From contig JBBSCO010000007.1 of NCBI GenBank assembly GCA_038250235.1, positions 1,477 to 65,476 on the forward strand: a stretch of DNA of 64,000 nucleotides, in the 5' to 3' direction. How positions within the stretch are numbered: position 1 is the stretch's first letter; every line of letters starts with the position of its first letter. The position numbers and the translations under genes were made by a program. Shown piece by piece: positions 36,635 to 45,388 of the stretch. Below the pieces are notes generated by a model. It was not told the DNA's origin. It did no database searches and saw only the letters and a list, made by a program, of their open reading frames with translations. The stretch is from Candidatus Methylacidiphilales bacterium (GTDB taxonomy: Bacteria > Verrucomicrobiota > Verrucomicrobiia > Methylacidiphilales > JAAUTS01).

Positions 36635-38404
36635 ATGTTAACAAGATCCGTACAATCAATAGTTTTTGTTTTGTTGGCATTCGCACTTCTCCCGTCGCTC
36701 CCCGGCCAGGCCACACAAAGCGGAGCCGATGTAATTCCGCGCTTTGAAAGTATCGCTCCAAAAACCCCAGAACCGGAAGAAAAGCCGGTGCAACTTCCGG
36801 AAAAGCCCAAGGAAGCACCCGGGGAAGATGATGTGCTGATTGAGTCGGTGGACGGGTTTTATTTCACTTCCAGCAAAGAAAAGATAGAGGTCAAAGGACG
36901 AAAGGATGTGAAGGGTATCCGGGTGGAGGATGTTGAAGCTCTCAAGAATCCTGAATTTCAGGCCCTTATGGCCAAGTATCTTAACAAATCGGTCAGTATA
37001 AAGACATTGAAGGAAATGGTGCGCGAACTGGTGGAATTTTACCGTGGGAAAGACCAACCCGTGGTGGATGTTATCATTCCGGAGCAGGAAATCACCTCCG
37101 GTGTGGTGCAGATTCTGGTGGTTGAAGGAAAAGTGGGTCTGGTCAAAGCAGAAGGGAGCCAATGGTTCGATTCGAAGATACTGACTTCCAAAATTCGATT
37201 ACAACACGGGGATCGGATCAGGGCCTCCCGTTTGATCAAGGACATTGAACTACTCAATACCAACACCTTCCGCGAGGTGGACGTGGCCTTTACTCCGGGA
37301 GCCATGGAGGGGGAAACCGATGTGATTCTTAAAACCAAGGATCGTTTTCCGGTCCGTTTTTATACCGGCTATGATGATACCGGAAACGATATTACGGGGG
37401 AAGAGCGGCTCCTGGCTGGTTTCAACTGGGGCAATGCTTTTTTTGCGGATCATTTGCTCAGCTATCAGTTCACCAGTAGCCCGGATTTCCATACTTTGAC
37501 TGCCCATTCCCTGACTTATTCCCTTCCTTTTTTTCGCGATGATCAGATGACCTTTTACGCGGCCATGTCTGAGGTTTCCACGGTTACGGTTCCGCTGGTC
37601 AACAACACCTTTCAGGAAGCTGAGAACTATCTGGCAGGCTATTCCTACCGGATGCCGCTTCCGGGTATCGACAAAGTATTCAGTAACAACATCACAACAC
37701 GATTTGATGCCCGCCGTTCCGCCAGCGATTTATTACTGGGAAACATACCGGTTACACAGGAGCTGACGGATACTTTCCAATGGGCCGTCGCTTATGACCT
37801 TGCAATAAACGATGCATGGGGCGTGACCCAGCTCAAACTGGAAATGGTGGGCAGTCCGGGGGGTATCACCGGAAGAAACGATGATGCCGCCTATGAAAAC
37901 AGCCGGAGGTTCGCCGATGCGCGTTATACCATCTATAAACTTGAGGCCAGGCGGCAAACCCGGCTTCCTTTTGATTTTTCATTGGTCACAGCCTTTACCG
38001 GCCAGCGTTCCGATAGCAATCTGCTCAGCAACGAACAAATGAACATCGGGGGTTACAACACTGTTCGTGGCTACACGGAAAATGAAGTGCGCGGTGATGA
38101 AGGTTATTTCACTAATATCGAATTGAGGACGCCGTCCGTGAGTCTGGGCGAGTTGTTCGGGCATCCCTCCTTCAAAGACGGCCTTCAGTTCCTGGGATTC
38201 TGGGATTATGGCCAGGTGGGGAATCTTGTGCTGCTTCCGGCCGAAAATCCCAATGCTGAATTGTCCTCGGCGGGCTTTGGACTCCGTTACTATGTGGATC
38301 GTTATTTCACTCTGCGGGCCGATTACGGGTTCCAGCTTTTGGACAGCACCTTCAACAACCGCTTTAACTCTCGCCTTCACCTGGGAATTGTCGTCAGCTA
38401 TTAA
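36635..38404 (+). CDS. TpsB transporter (ShlB/FhaC/HecB-family outer-membrane secretion/activation protein)
   Basis: The ATG at 36635 gives the signal peptide MLTRSVQSIVFVLLAFALLPSLPGQA. The ShlB-type POTRA region is VVEGKVGLVKAEGSQWFDSKIL...LLNTNTFREVDV...DVILKTKDRFPVRFYTGYDDTGN. An Omp85-like barrel ends in an aromatic residue (..LHLGIVVSY). Confidence 0.85.
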   Translation: MLTRSVQSIVFVLLAFALLPSLPGQATQSGADVIPRFESIAPKTPEPEEKPVQLPEKPKEAPGEDDVLIESVDGFYFTSSKEKIEVKGRKDVKGIRVEDVEALKNPEFQALMAKYLNKSVSIKTLKEMVRELVEFYRGKDQPVVDVIIPEQEITSGVVQILVVEGKVGLVKAEGSQWFDSKILTSKIRLQHGDRIRASRLIKDIELLNTNTFREVDVAFTPGAMEGETDVILKTKDRFPVRFYTGYDDTGNDITGEERLLAGFNWGNAFFADHLLSYQFTSSPDFHTLTAHSLTYSLPFFRDDQMTFYAAMSEVSTVTVPLVNNTFQEAENYLAGYSYRMPLPGIDKVFSNNITTRFDARRSASDLLLGNIPVTQELTDTFQWAVAYDLAINDAWGVTQLKLEMVGSPGGITGRNDDAAYENSRRFADARYTIYKLEARRQTRLPFDFSLVTAFTGQRSDSNLLSNEQMNIGGYNTVRGYTENEVRGDEGYFTNIELRTPSVSLGELFGHPSFKDGLQFLGFWDYGQVGNLVLLPAENPNAELSSAGFGLRYYVDRYFTLRADYGFQLLDSTFNNRFNSRLHLGIVVSY

Positions 38405-38415
38405 GGAGTAAAATA

Positions 38416-39183
38416 ATGAAAGCACTGCCTCTTTCGGGATTAGTGGTTCGAGCAACCTTCCGGGCCACCGTTCTTTGGGCTGCTGGCCGCGTGGCTCGCT
38501 TGAGTCGTATCAGTTCAGATTGGGGCCCGCGCTCGCGCCTCGTCACCCGCCCAAACTCCTGTCGGCCAACCCATCATACCTTGGCGCTTGGACCCCTAGC
38601 AGTATTTGTATTTATTGTGGGGGCAGAACAACCCCTCATGGCGCAGAGCAAGCCCTTGAGTGCCGTTGTCGTTTCGGTTTCCGGCAACGTAAAGCTCCAA
38701 CGCCCTGGAACAACAACCCGCATGGATATTTCCAGCGGAACACTTGTTCCGGCCGGTGCCGAGCTTTTCAGCAACGCCAATGCGGAGGCAAGTCTTGGTA
38801 TTTCCCCCGGCCTGGCTCTGACTCTAAAAGATGTCACGCATCTCAAAATTGTGGAGGCCAGTGAAAGCGTGCGTTCCGACGGAGTGATTCAACGGCAGGC
38901 GGTGATTGAAGTGATGGAAGGGCGCGTGGTGGTTCTGTTGCCTGAAAAACAGAATCAGGTTTTTGATTTAAAAATCAAAACACCGCAGGGAACAATCAAG
39001 CCCCGCGGAACGTTCTATGCCCTCATGGTAAAAGAAGGACAAAGTTTTCTGGCGGTTAGTGAGGGTAGGGTAGGGCTGGAACAGTTTATTCCTGTGACAG
39101 AGGAGGATCTGGAACAAGCAGTGGCACCGGCTGAACCCAAACGCGACTACGGCTCGGTTACAACGACCTCACCCCGCAGTTGA
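38416..39183 (+). CDS. Membrane-anchored FecR-like domain protein
   Basis: An AAGGAG sequence lies 8 nt upstream of the ATG, and the gap after tpsB is 11 nt. The protein has an Arg-rich N-terminal tail and one transmembrane helix (LALGPLAVFVFIVGA). A FecR-type beta-sandwich pattern follows (ASLGISPGLALTLKDVTHLKI ... VMEGRVVV ... KIKTPQGTIKPRGTFYALMV ... VSEGRVGL). Confidence 0.6.
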   Translation: MKALPLSGLVVRATFRATVLWAAGRVARLSRISSDWGPRSRLVTRPNSCRPTHHTLALGPLAVFVFIVGAEQPLMAQSKPLSAVVVSVSGNVKLQRPGTTTRMDISSGTLVPAGAELFSNANAEASLGISPGLALTLKDVTHLKIVEASESVRSDGVIQRQAVIEVMEGRVVVLLPEKQNQVFDLKIKTPQGTIKPRGTFYALMVKEGQSFLAVSEGRVGLEQFIPVTEEDLEQAVAPAEPKRDYGSVTTTSPRS

Positions 39184-39186
39184 GCG

Positions 39187-40752
39187 TCAGTTGCTGATTT
39201 TTTCCGGGACGAGGCGGCCTGTCTTTTTGCCGGAATCCTCCCCTTCTTCATGGTATTCCGCATCGGTATTGACTTGCCACACATTGTAGTTGGCACCACT
39301 CAGGTTCCTGGCTGCCAGCAGGGCGGTCATCATGGAGTGATCCTGGTTGTTGTACTTGTGCAGACCGTTGCGTCCGACTGCCTGAAGATTTCCCAGTTTT
39401 TCAAGTTCTCTGCGGATGGCGTTGACGTCTTCCTGATAATCAGGTCCGTAAACCGGATAAGATTTCGGCATGCGGACAACACATCCGTCGAAAACGGCTT
39501 CGGGCCGGACAATACCCAGTTGGCCCAGTTCTTTTTTACCCAACTCGATGAGTTCCGTATCGGACATGTTCCACAATCCGTCACCCTCAAAACAAAAATA
39601 CTCCAGGCCGAGGCAGGTGGTATCGGGGACGGGCACCATTTCGGGGCTCCAGTTGTTGAAGTTCTGGATCCGGCCGAGTTTGACCCCCGGATCATGGACA
39701 TAGATCCAGTTGTCAGGGAAAAGAGCGGTCTGTCGGATCATCAGGGCTACGGTAAGGAAGTCGCGGTAGCGGAGACGTTTGGCTGCGGCAACGGCGGTTT
39801 CGGCCAAAGGCGGCTCGAATTTGAGAACGGTTTCCTGGAGGGGCATGGAAATGATAAAGGAATCGGCGAACCATTCTTTCACGGCTCCGGATGGGTCTTC
39901 CGAAACAATGGAAATGACCTGTGAGCCCTCACGTTTAATTTTGATGGCCGTCAATCCCATGTGAACACCGGCTCCGCCTTTCAGGAGGTCGTCCCGTGTT
40001 TTTTCCCACATCATACCGGGTCCCAGACGGGGATATTCGAATTGATCGATGAGTGTTTTGACCACGCCACTGCCACTTTTCTTTTTTTGCGGGAGAAGAG
40101 CGTACCAAACGGCTTTGATCAGGGAAAGGCCCTTGATCCGTTGGGCAGCCCAGTCGGCACTGATTTCATGACAGGGCATACCCCAGACTTTTTCGGTGTA
40201 GGTTTTGAAGAAGATATTAAAAAGCCGGGAGCCGAAGCGGTTGGTGACCCAATCCTGGAAGGATTTCTCCGGGTGGATGGGGAAAATCCGGGCTTTGAGA
40301 TAACTCAACATGCAGAGGCCGCTGGCCCAGACACCCAGATTTCCAAGGGCATTCATAGCTCTTAGTGGGTAATCATAAAATTTGCCGCCATAAAAGATGC
40401 GTGACATCCGCCGGACCTGGATAAAATCGTTCGGCAATCTTTTACGCCACCATTCGGTGATCTCCGCGCTTTTACTGAAAAAACGGTGGCCTCCGATATC
40501 AAAACGATAGCCTTTGTAACGCGCAGTCCGCGAAATACCGCCCACGAACTCGGGGTCTTTCTCCAGGATATCGACCTTGAAACCGTTCTCCACGAGTTCG
40601 GCTCCTGAGGTGAGACCTGCAGGGCCGGCTCCAACAATCAGGACGGTATTATTTTGGGGGGGATGAGTGGAGGTCATACTGTTATAGGCACTGTGGTGGG
40701 TGGAGGAAGATTCGTTAGCCAAGGTAGAAGGCGGATGATTTTTTACGGTCAT
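39187..40752 (-). CDS. FAD-dependent oxidoreductase (amine-oxidase/UDP-galactopyranose-mutase-like)
   Basis: The dinucleotide fold is VLIVGAGPAGLTSGAEL..G..V.ILEKD, followed by GGISRTARYKGYRFDIGGHRFFSK. The more likely start is MTSTHPP at 40677, which removes the overlap with the upstream ORF. Confidence 0.7.
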   Translation of the reverse strand: MTVKNHPPSTLANESSSTHHSAYNSMTSTHPPQNNTVLIVGAGPAGLTSGAELVENGFKVDILEKDPEFVGGISRTARYKGYRFDIGGHRFFSKSAEITEWWRKRLPNDFIQVRRMSRIFYGGKFYDYPLRAMNALGNLGVWASGLCMLSYLKARIFPIHPEKSFQDWVTNRFGSRLFNIFFKTYTEKVWGMPCHEISADWAAQRIKGLSLIKAVWYALLPQKKKSGSGVVKTLIDQFEYPRLGPGMMWEKTRDDLLKGGAGVHMGLTAIKIKREGSQVISIVSEDPSGAVKEWFADSFIISMPLQETVLKFEPPLAETAVAAAKRLRYRDFLTVALMIRQTALFPDNWIYVHDPGVKLGRIQNFNNWSPEMVPVPDTTCLGLEYFCFEGDGLWNMSDTELIELGKKELGQLGIVRPEAVFDGCVVRMPKSYPVYGPDYQEDVNAIRRELEKLGNLQAVGRNGLHKYNNQDHSMMTALLAARNLSGANYNVWQVNTDAEYHEEGEDSGKKTGRLVPEKISN

Positions 40753-41350
40753 AGTGCAGCACGTATCCGGTAAAGTATTCGATGAGGGTATCCGGCACCA
40801 CTTTGTTCAGGGGAGCAGCCAGGGCTGTGCGTATTTTTTCCAAAGCCGCAGAGTCATTGCGGTAGAGGGCCTGAACAATGGGGCTGTAATACATGGTGCT
40901 TTCTTTCAGGTCGATCCTGCGGGGCTCGGAGGTGGAGGCGTAGCCGACCAAAGTATCATGGAGGGAGACCAAGAGCAGGTAGCGGTGGGATTGCCTGAGC
41001 CAGGCCAGAGCGTCGTAGGCTGTAGGGAGGTTCTGTTCCTTGCCGTCAGAAAATGTTTTTTGAAACCATCCTTTCAGTCCTTTGCGGGGAGTGACCAGGT
41101 CTTTGTAGCCCCGGGCCACCCGTTTCTCTTTAAGGGAGCGACGTGAATTGTTTTCGTTGAGGAAGCTCAGGAGTTTTTTGCTGTCTTTCATCGGGGCGAA
41201 GCCGTGGGTGAGAATGTCCGGGGTGGGATCCCAGCCCAGATGCTCCTTCAGGTTTTCCAGTTTATCCGCCTTGGAAAGGATTTCCTCGATGGTGGTGTGC
41301 AAAATGGAGGGGTTGATTGCAATGCGATAGGGGTTTAATTTAAGCAGCAT
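40715..41350 (-). CDS. Hypothetical protein (211 aa)
   Basis: This is a clean ORF on the same strand as, and directly upstream of, the oxidoreductase gene. I recognise no motif. Confidence 0.4.
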   Translation of the reverse strand: MLLKLNPYRIAINPSILHTTIEEILSKADKLENLKEHLGWDPTPDILTHGFAPMKDSKKLLSFLNENNSRRSLKEKRVARGYKDLVTPRKGLKGWFQKTFSDGKEQNLPTAYDALAWLRQSHRYLLLVSLHDTLVGYASTSEPRRIDLKESTMYYSPIVQALYRNDSAALEKIRTALAAPLNKVVPDTLIEYFTGYVLHYDRKKSSAFYLG

Positions 41351-41499
41351 AGAGGGAGTGGGTTAAGACCTGCACAACTAGGCTAGGTCAGTGCGGAGCA
41401 GGGCGGCAAGCCTGTTTAGACGGATCTTCACAACATTTCAGCAAGGGAAAAATTGATTTTGCCCGAAGCCTTTTTCGGCGTAGAGTAATTACTGTAGAC

Positions 41500-41727
41500 A
41501 TGCCAGAATCTGATCCAGCCCGACTTGAAGCAGCAGCCAAAATCATGGCCGAACCCGCCAAGTATAAAATATGCGAAAGCTGTGGATCTGTCGTGGCGAG
41601 GAAGGCCTCAACCTGTCCCAATTGCAATGCTTACCGGTTTGACGCCCGTGTGGAATCTGTTTGCTGCCAGGCGCAGGCTTTGTCCACCCGCCAACCGCTT
41701 TCGATTGAGAAAGAGGATTACGCCTAG
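41500..41727 (+). CDS. Small zinc-ribbon protein (75 aa)
   Basis: CESCGS...(10 aa)...CPNCNAYRF is a CxxC-x-CxxC zinc ribbon. Confidence 0.45.
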   Translation: MPESDPARLEAAAKIMAEPAKYKICESCGSVVARKASTCPNCNAYRFDARVESVCCQAQALSTRQPLSIEKEDYA

Positions 41728-41825
41728 ATCCGCGCAGGGTAAGGGCCATTTCCGGAAACGGGAATTCACAAATCTGTTTTTTGTTTTTTGTTTTGAGCAT
41801 CCGGTTGTAGATTGAAAATTCTCTT

Positions 41826-42668
41826 ATGCAAAAAATTACTCTAGGACACAGTCCTGATCCGGATGATGCCTTTATGTTTTATGCCATGGCTTCCAAGCGG
41901 ATTCCCATGGGCTCATACGAGTTTGAGCACATTTTGCAGGACATCCAGACACTGAATGAACGGGCCCGGCGCAAAGAGTTGGACGTCACTGCGGTGTCCA
42001 TTCATGCCTACGCCTATTTGACCTCTGATTATGCCCTGATGCATTGCGGTGCGAGCATGGGAGACAATTACGGACCCATGCTGGTGTCGGACAAGTTTTA
42101 TGGACGGAATGAATTGGCCGGAAAAAAGATCGCCGTACCCGGTTTGTTGACCAGCGCAAGCCTGGCCCTTCAGTTGTACTTGGGAAAAAAGATCGCCGAG
42201 TTGGATGTGGTGGTGGTTCCTTTTGATGAAATATTTGATGCTTTGAAACAGGGACGGGCGGAGGTGGGGCTCTTGATTCATGAAGGACAGCTCACGTATC
42301 ACAGCGAAGGTTTTGTTCTTTGCGAAGATCTGGGCAAATGGTGGTTCCGTGACACGGGGGGCATGCCTTTGCCCCTGGGTGGGAATGTCATACGACGTTC
42401 CCTCGGGGAAAAGGCCATGGCGGAAATCACCCGGATCACGGAGGACAGTATCCGCTACGGGCTGGAACACCGCAAAGCGGGTGTGGAACACGCACTGCCT
42501 TTGGGTCGCGGATTGGATCATGCCATGGCGGATCGTTTTATTGGCATGTATGTCAACGAATTGACGCTTGATTACGGGGAGCGCGGACGGAGCGCAGTGC
42601 GTGAATTCCTGAAGCGGGGCCATGAAGCGGGAATTTTGCCCCAACCTGTGGACGTGGTTTTTATCTAA
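41826..42668 (+). CDS. MqnA/MqnD-family menaquinone (futalosine pathway) biosynthesis protein
   Basis: ITLGHSPDPDDAFMFYAM, DVTAVSIHAYAYL and the periplasmic-binding-protein-like fold are typical of the MqnA/MqnD/SCO4506 family. I cannot tell which member this is. Confidence 0.65.
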   Translation: MQKITLGHSPDPDDAFMFYAMASKRIPMGSYEFEHILQDIQTLNERARRKELDVTAVSIHAYAYLTSDYALMHCGASMGDNYGPMLVSDKFYGRNELAGKKIAVPGLLTSASLALQLYLGKKIAELDVVVVPFDEIFDALKQGRAEVGLLIHEGQLTYHSEGFVLCEDLGKWWFRDTGGMPLPLGGNVIRRSLGEKAMAEITRITEDSIRYGLEHRKAGVEHALPLGRGLDHAMADRFIGMYVNELTLDYGERGRSAVREFLKRGHEAGILPQPVDVVFI

Positions 42669-42682
42669 GCTAGCCTGTTTTC

Positions 42683-43126
42683 ATGAAGATCTTTTTCTGC
42701 CTATGGATGGCCCTGTTTCTCGGTCTGGCCCAGCTTCCGGCGACGGAGGATGAAAGCCTGAAAAAACTTCTGGAATTAATCAATCAGGAGCGGGTGGCCC
42801 AGGGTAAAATCGCCCTGAAAGAGTCTCCGGAACTGATGGGTGTGGCATGGGAGTGGTCCTACCGTATAGCCCAAGAGCGCAGAATGACGCACCGCAGGAA
42901 CCTCTTGGAATTGTGTGAAAAATACGATTACAGGTTCATGAATGAAAACCTGCACATGAACCTCAGTGAATTTGATCCGGCTAAAGTGGTTCAGAGCTGG
43001 ATGAACAGCACCAACCACAAGCGGAACCTGTTGGAGGACAAAATTACCCTGATGGGGGTGGGTTTTTCCAAAGCAGTGGATGGATCCGTTTTCGTCGTTT
43101 TTAACGGTGCCTCCAAAGCACAATAA
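42683..43126 (+). CDS. Secreted CAP/SCP-domain protein (YkwD-like)
   Basis: The protein has a signal peptide, NQERVAQGKIAL, SW.NS..H..NLL and MGVG, which form the CAP superfamily pattern. Confidence 0.7.
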   Translation: MKIFFCLWMALFLGLAQLPATEDESLKKLLELINQERVAQGKIALKESPELMGVAWEWSYRIAQERRMTHRRNLLELCEKYDYRFMNENLHMNLSEFDPAKVVQSWMNSTNHKRNLLEDKITLMGVGFSKAVDGSVFVVFNGASKAQ

Positions 43127-43129
43127 AAA

Positions 43130-43897
43130 CTACCGGATCACGCCGCGTTGGCTGTTTTTCACGAAATCAATCAAAGTTTTGACATGGGTGGAATCGGGAA
43201 ATTCCTGCTCCAGTGCCTGAATCGCCTGGGAGGTGTTCAACGTTGAATCGTAGAAACATTTGTAAGCTTTGCGGATGGTGGAAATAGCATCCTCGGAGAA
43301 ATTCCTTCTTTGTAATCCCACCAGATTGACAGCGGTGACTTCTGCCGGATTGCCGTCGGCGATAAAGAAGGGGGGGACATCCTTGACAATTTTGGAGCAG
43401 CCGCCGATGAGGGAGTGTTGGCCGATGCGGCAGAACTGGTGCACGGCAGCCAGGCCGCTGATGATGGCGTGGTCTTCCACGATGACATGGCCGGCCAGGG
43501 TGCCGTTGTTCGAGAAAATGCAGTGGTTGCCGACCACACAGTTGTGCGCGATATGGCTGTAGGTCAGAAAAAAATTGTGGGAGCCAATGACGGTTTTTTC
43601 CCCGGGGCCTGTCCCGCGGTTGACGCTGACAAACTCGCGGAATTCGTTATGATCCCCCACTTCCAGGTAAGTGGGTTCCCCGCTGTATTTGAGGTCCTGG
43701 GTTTTACCTCCAATGGAACAAAAAGGGTGGAAGAGGTTTTTTTTTCCGAAAGTGGAAGGTCCCTGTAGATTAACGTGGTTGGTGAGAACGCAGCCTTCTC
43801 CCAAAGTGACATCGCTGCCGATGACGCAGAAGGGGCCGATCTCGATCTCTTGGGGCAGGCGGGCGGTCGGTGAAATGATGGCGGTATGATGAATCAT
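43130..43897 (-). CDS. lpxA: Acyl-ACP--UDP-N-acetylglucosamine O-acyltransferase
   Basis: The product begins MIHHTAIISPTARL and carries hexapeptide repeats, a C-terminal helical domain and NLVGLQRRNFS. It sits directly downstream of lpxC-fabZ. Confidence 0.85.
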   Translation of the reverse strand: MIHHTAIISPTARLPQEIEIGPFCVIGSDVTLGEGCVLTNHVNLQGPSTFGKKNLFHPFCSIGGKTQDLKYSGEPTYLEVGDHNEFREFVSVNRGTGPGEKTVIGSHNFFLTYSHIAHNCVVGNHCIFSNNGTLAGHVIVEDHAIISGLAAVHQFCRIGQHSLIGGCSKIVKDVPPFFIADGNPAEVTAVNLVGLQRRNFSEDAISTIRKAYKCFYDSTLNTSQAIQALEQEFPDSTHVKTLIDFVKNSQRGVIR

Positions 43898-43901
43898 TCG
43901 G

Positions 43902-45227
43902 CTACTGGATGGCGAAGGTCATCTCACCCTGGGAAACCACTTCCCCGTTGACGGTGCATTGGCCCACGGCTTTGCCGATCTTGCCCCGGGATTTGACCAG
44001 TTCGACCTGGATGATGAGGGTGTCTCCGGGCATGACGGGGCGACGGAATTTGATGTTGTCGGCACTCATGAAAAAGCCGAGACGTCCGGCGTTTTCCGCT
44101 TTGCGCAACAGAAGGATGCTGGCGACCTGGGCCATGGCTTCAATCTGCAGAACGCCGGGCATGACCGGGTGGCCGGGGAAATGGCCCTGGAAATAGGGTT
44201 CGTTGATGGTGACGGATTTGGCGCCGGTGGCTTTGGTTTCACCTTCAAACTTGAGAATACGATCCACCATGAGGAAGGGATAGCGGTGGGGCAGGATACG
44301 CATGACCTGATTGACATCCAGGGCACCTTCGCCGACCGGGATATTTTCCACCGGCATCAGCTGGTTCAGGTATTTACGATAATTCCGGGAGAGGGCCTTG
44401 GCAAATTCCGTGTTCAGGGCGTGGCTGGGTTTGGAGGTAATGATATGGGCTTTGAGCCGGAAAGGGAAAAGGGCGAGGTCACCGATGATATCCAGGACTT
44501 TGTGCCGGACAAATTCATCCGTGAAGCGCATGGGCTCTTTACTCAGGACGCTTTCGCCGCGGATGACGATGGCATTTTCCAGGCTGCCACCTTTAATCAG
44601 GCCCTTGTCCAGCAGGGGTTGGACTTCTTCGTAAAAGACAAAGGTGCGGGCCTTGGCGATATCCCGTTTGTAAACTTCGGGGTTGATCTCCTGGCTGAAA
44701 TACTGGGTGTGGAATCCGGTATGATTGGCGTTGGTGCAGCTGATTTTGAAGCTGTCATCCGGCAGGGCAATCATGAACGACCCGTCTTTGCCTTCGATGC
44801 TGATGGGTTCCTTGATTTCAAAATACGAGCGGGGAACATCCTGTTCCTTCCATCCTGCGCTTTCGACCAACTGGACATAGGGCTCGGCACTGCCATCCCC
44901 GATAGGCGGCTCGTTGGCATCCATGGAAACATAGGCGTTGTCGATGTCGAGTCCGCGGAGGGCAGAAAGAAGATGTTCAATGGTGTGAATTTTGACCGAA
45001 CCTTCGGAAATGGTCGTGGCGCGCTCCACCTGCTTGACATTGTCGGCCAGGGCATGGACGGTCGGTTCATCCGGCAAATCGGTGCGTCGGAAAACAAAGC
45101 CAGTATCGGCAGGGGCGGGTAGAATGGTCAGTTTGACCGTATTCCCGGTATGGAGGGCGGAGCCCATGATCGTGGCTTCGCGCTCTAGGGTGGTTTGCAA
45201 GGTGACTGGCATCGACGTTTGTAGCAC
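43902..45227 (-). CDS. lpxC-fabZ: Bifunctional UDP-3-O-acyl-GlcNAc deacetylase / 3-hydroxyacyl-ACP dehydratase
   Basis: The N-terminal LpxC motifs are GSALHTGN, TIEHLLSAL and HKVLD.IGDLAL. The C-terminal FabZ hot-dog motifs are LPHRYPFLMVDRI and FQGHFPGHPVMPGVL. The fusion is known from several phyla, including PVC and Bacteroidota. Confidence 0.9.
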   Translation of the reverse strand: MLQTSMPVTLQTTLEREATIMGSALHTGNTVKLTILPAPADTGFVFRRTDLPDEPTVHALADNVKQVERATTISEGSVKIHTIEHLLSALRGLDIDNAYVSMDANEPPIGDGSAEPYVQLVESAGWKEQDVPRSYFEIKEPISIEGKDGSFMIALPDDSFKISCTNANHTGFHTQYFSQEINPEVYKRDIAKARTFVFYEEVQPLLDKGLIKGGSLENAIVIRGESVLSKEPMRFTDEFVRHKVLDIIGDLALFPFRLKAHIITSKPSHALNTEFAKALSRNYRKYLNQLMPVENIPVGEGALDVNQVMRILPHRYPFLMVDRILKFEGETKATGAKSVTINEPYFQGHFPGHPVMPGVLQIEAMAQVASILLLRKAENAGRLGFFMSADNIKFRRPVMPGDTLIIQVELVKSRGKIGKAVGQCTVNGEVVSQGEMTFAIQ

Positions 45228-45388
45228 GCCTTTTTTCAGCTTGGCAAGAGGTCGATTGCCCTCTTTGAAGGTATCAGGGTTTCGAGACCCCCTTTTTCGG
45301 CAGCTTAACGGGCTGGTTTTCCTGAAAACAAGGGAAAGAAGGGATATTTTAACCTGGGAGTAATGCTTTATCGATAAAAAAATTGGGC

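Noticed and set aside
36165-36635. The tpsA 3' end and following spacer could hold a contact-dependent inhibition toxin tip plus an immunity gene.
   Set aside because: I found no VENN-type pre-toxin motif. No small ORF lies between tpsA and tpsB, since the 103-nt gap leads straight into the tpsB signal peptide.
25455-36810. Many long minus-strand ORFs lie inside tpsA, for example 26898-27509, 27510-28145, 30027-30707, 33480-34256 and 34299-35027.
   Set aside because: They are antisense to a gene with unambiguous TPS-domain and repeat signatures. Their translations are Pro/Val/Ser-rich and low in complexity. The biased Gly/Thr/Ser/Asn codon usage of the sense strand suppresses stop codons on the opposite strand.
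43959-45122. A 387-aa plus-strand ORF.
   Set aside because: It is antisense to the clearly identified lpxC-fabZ gene.
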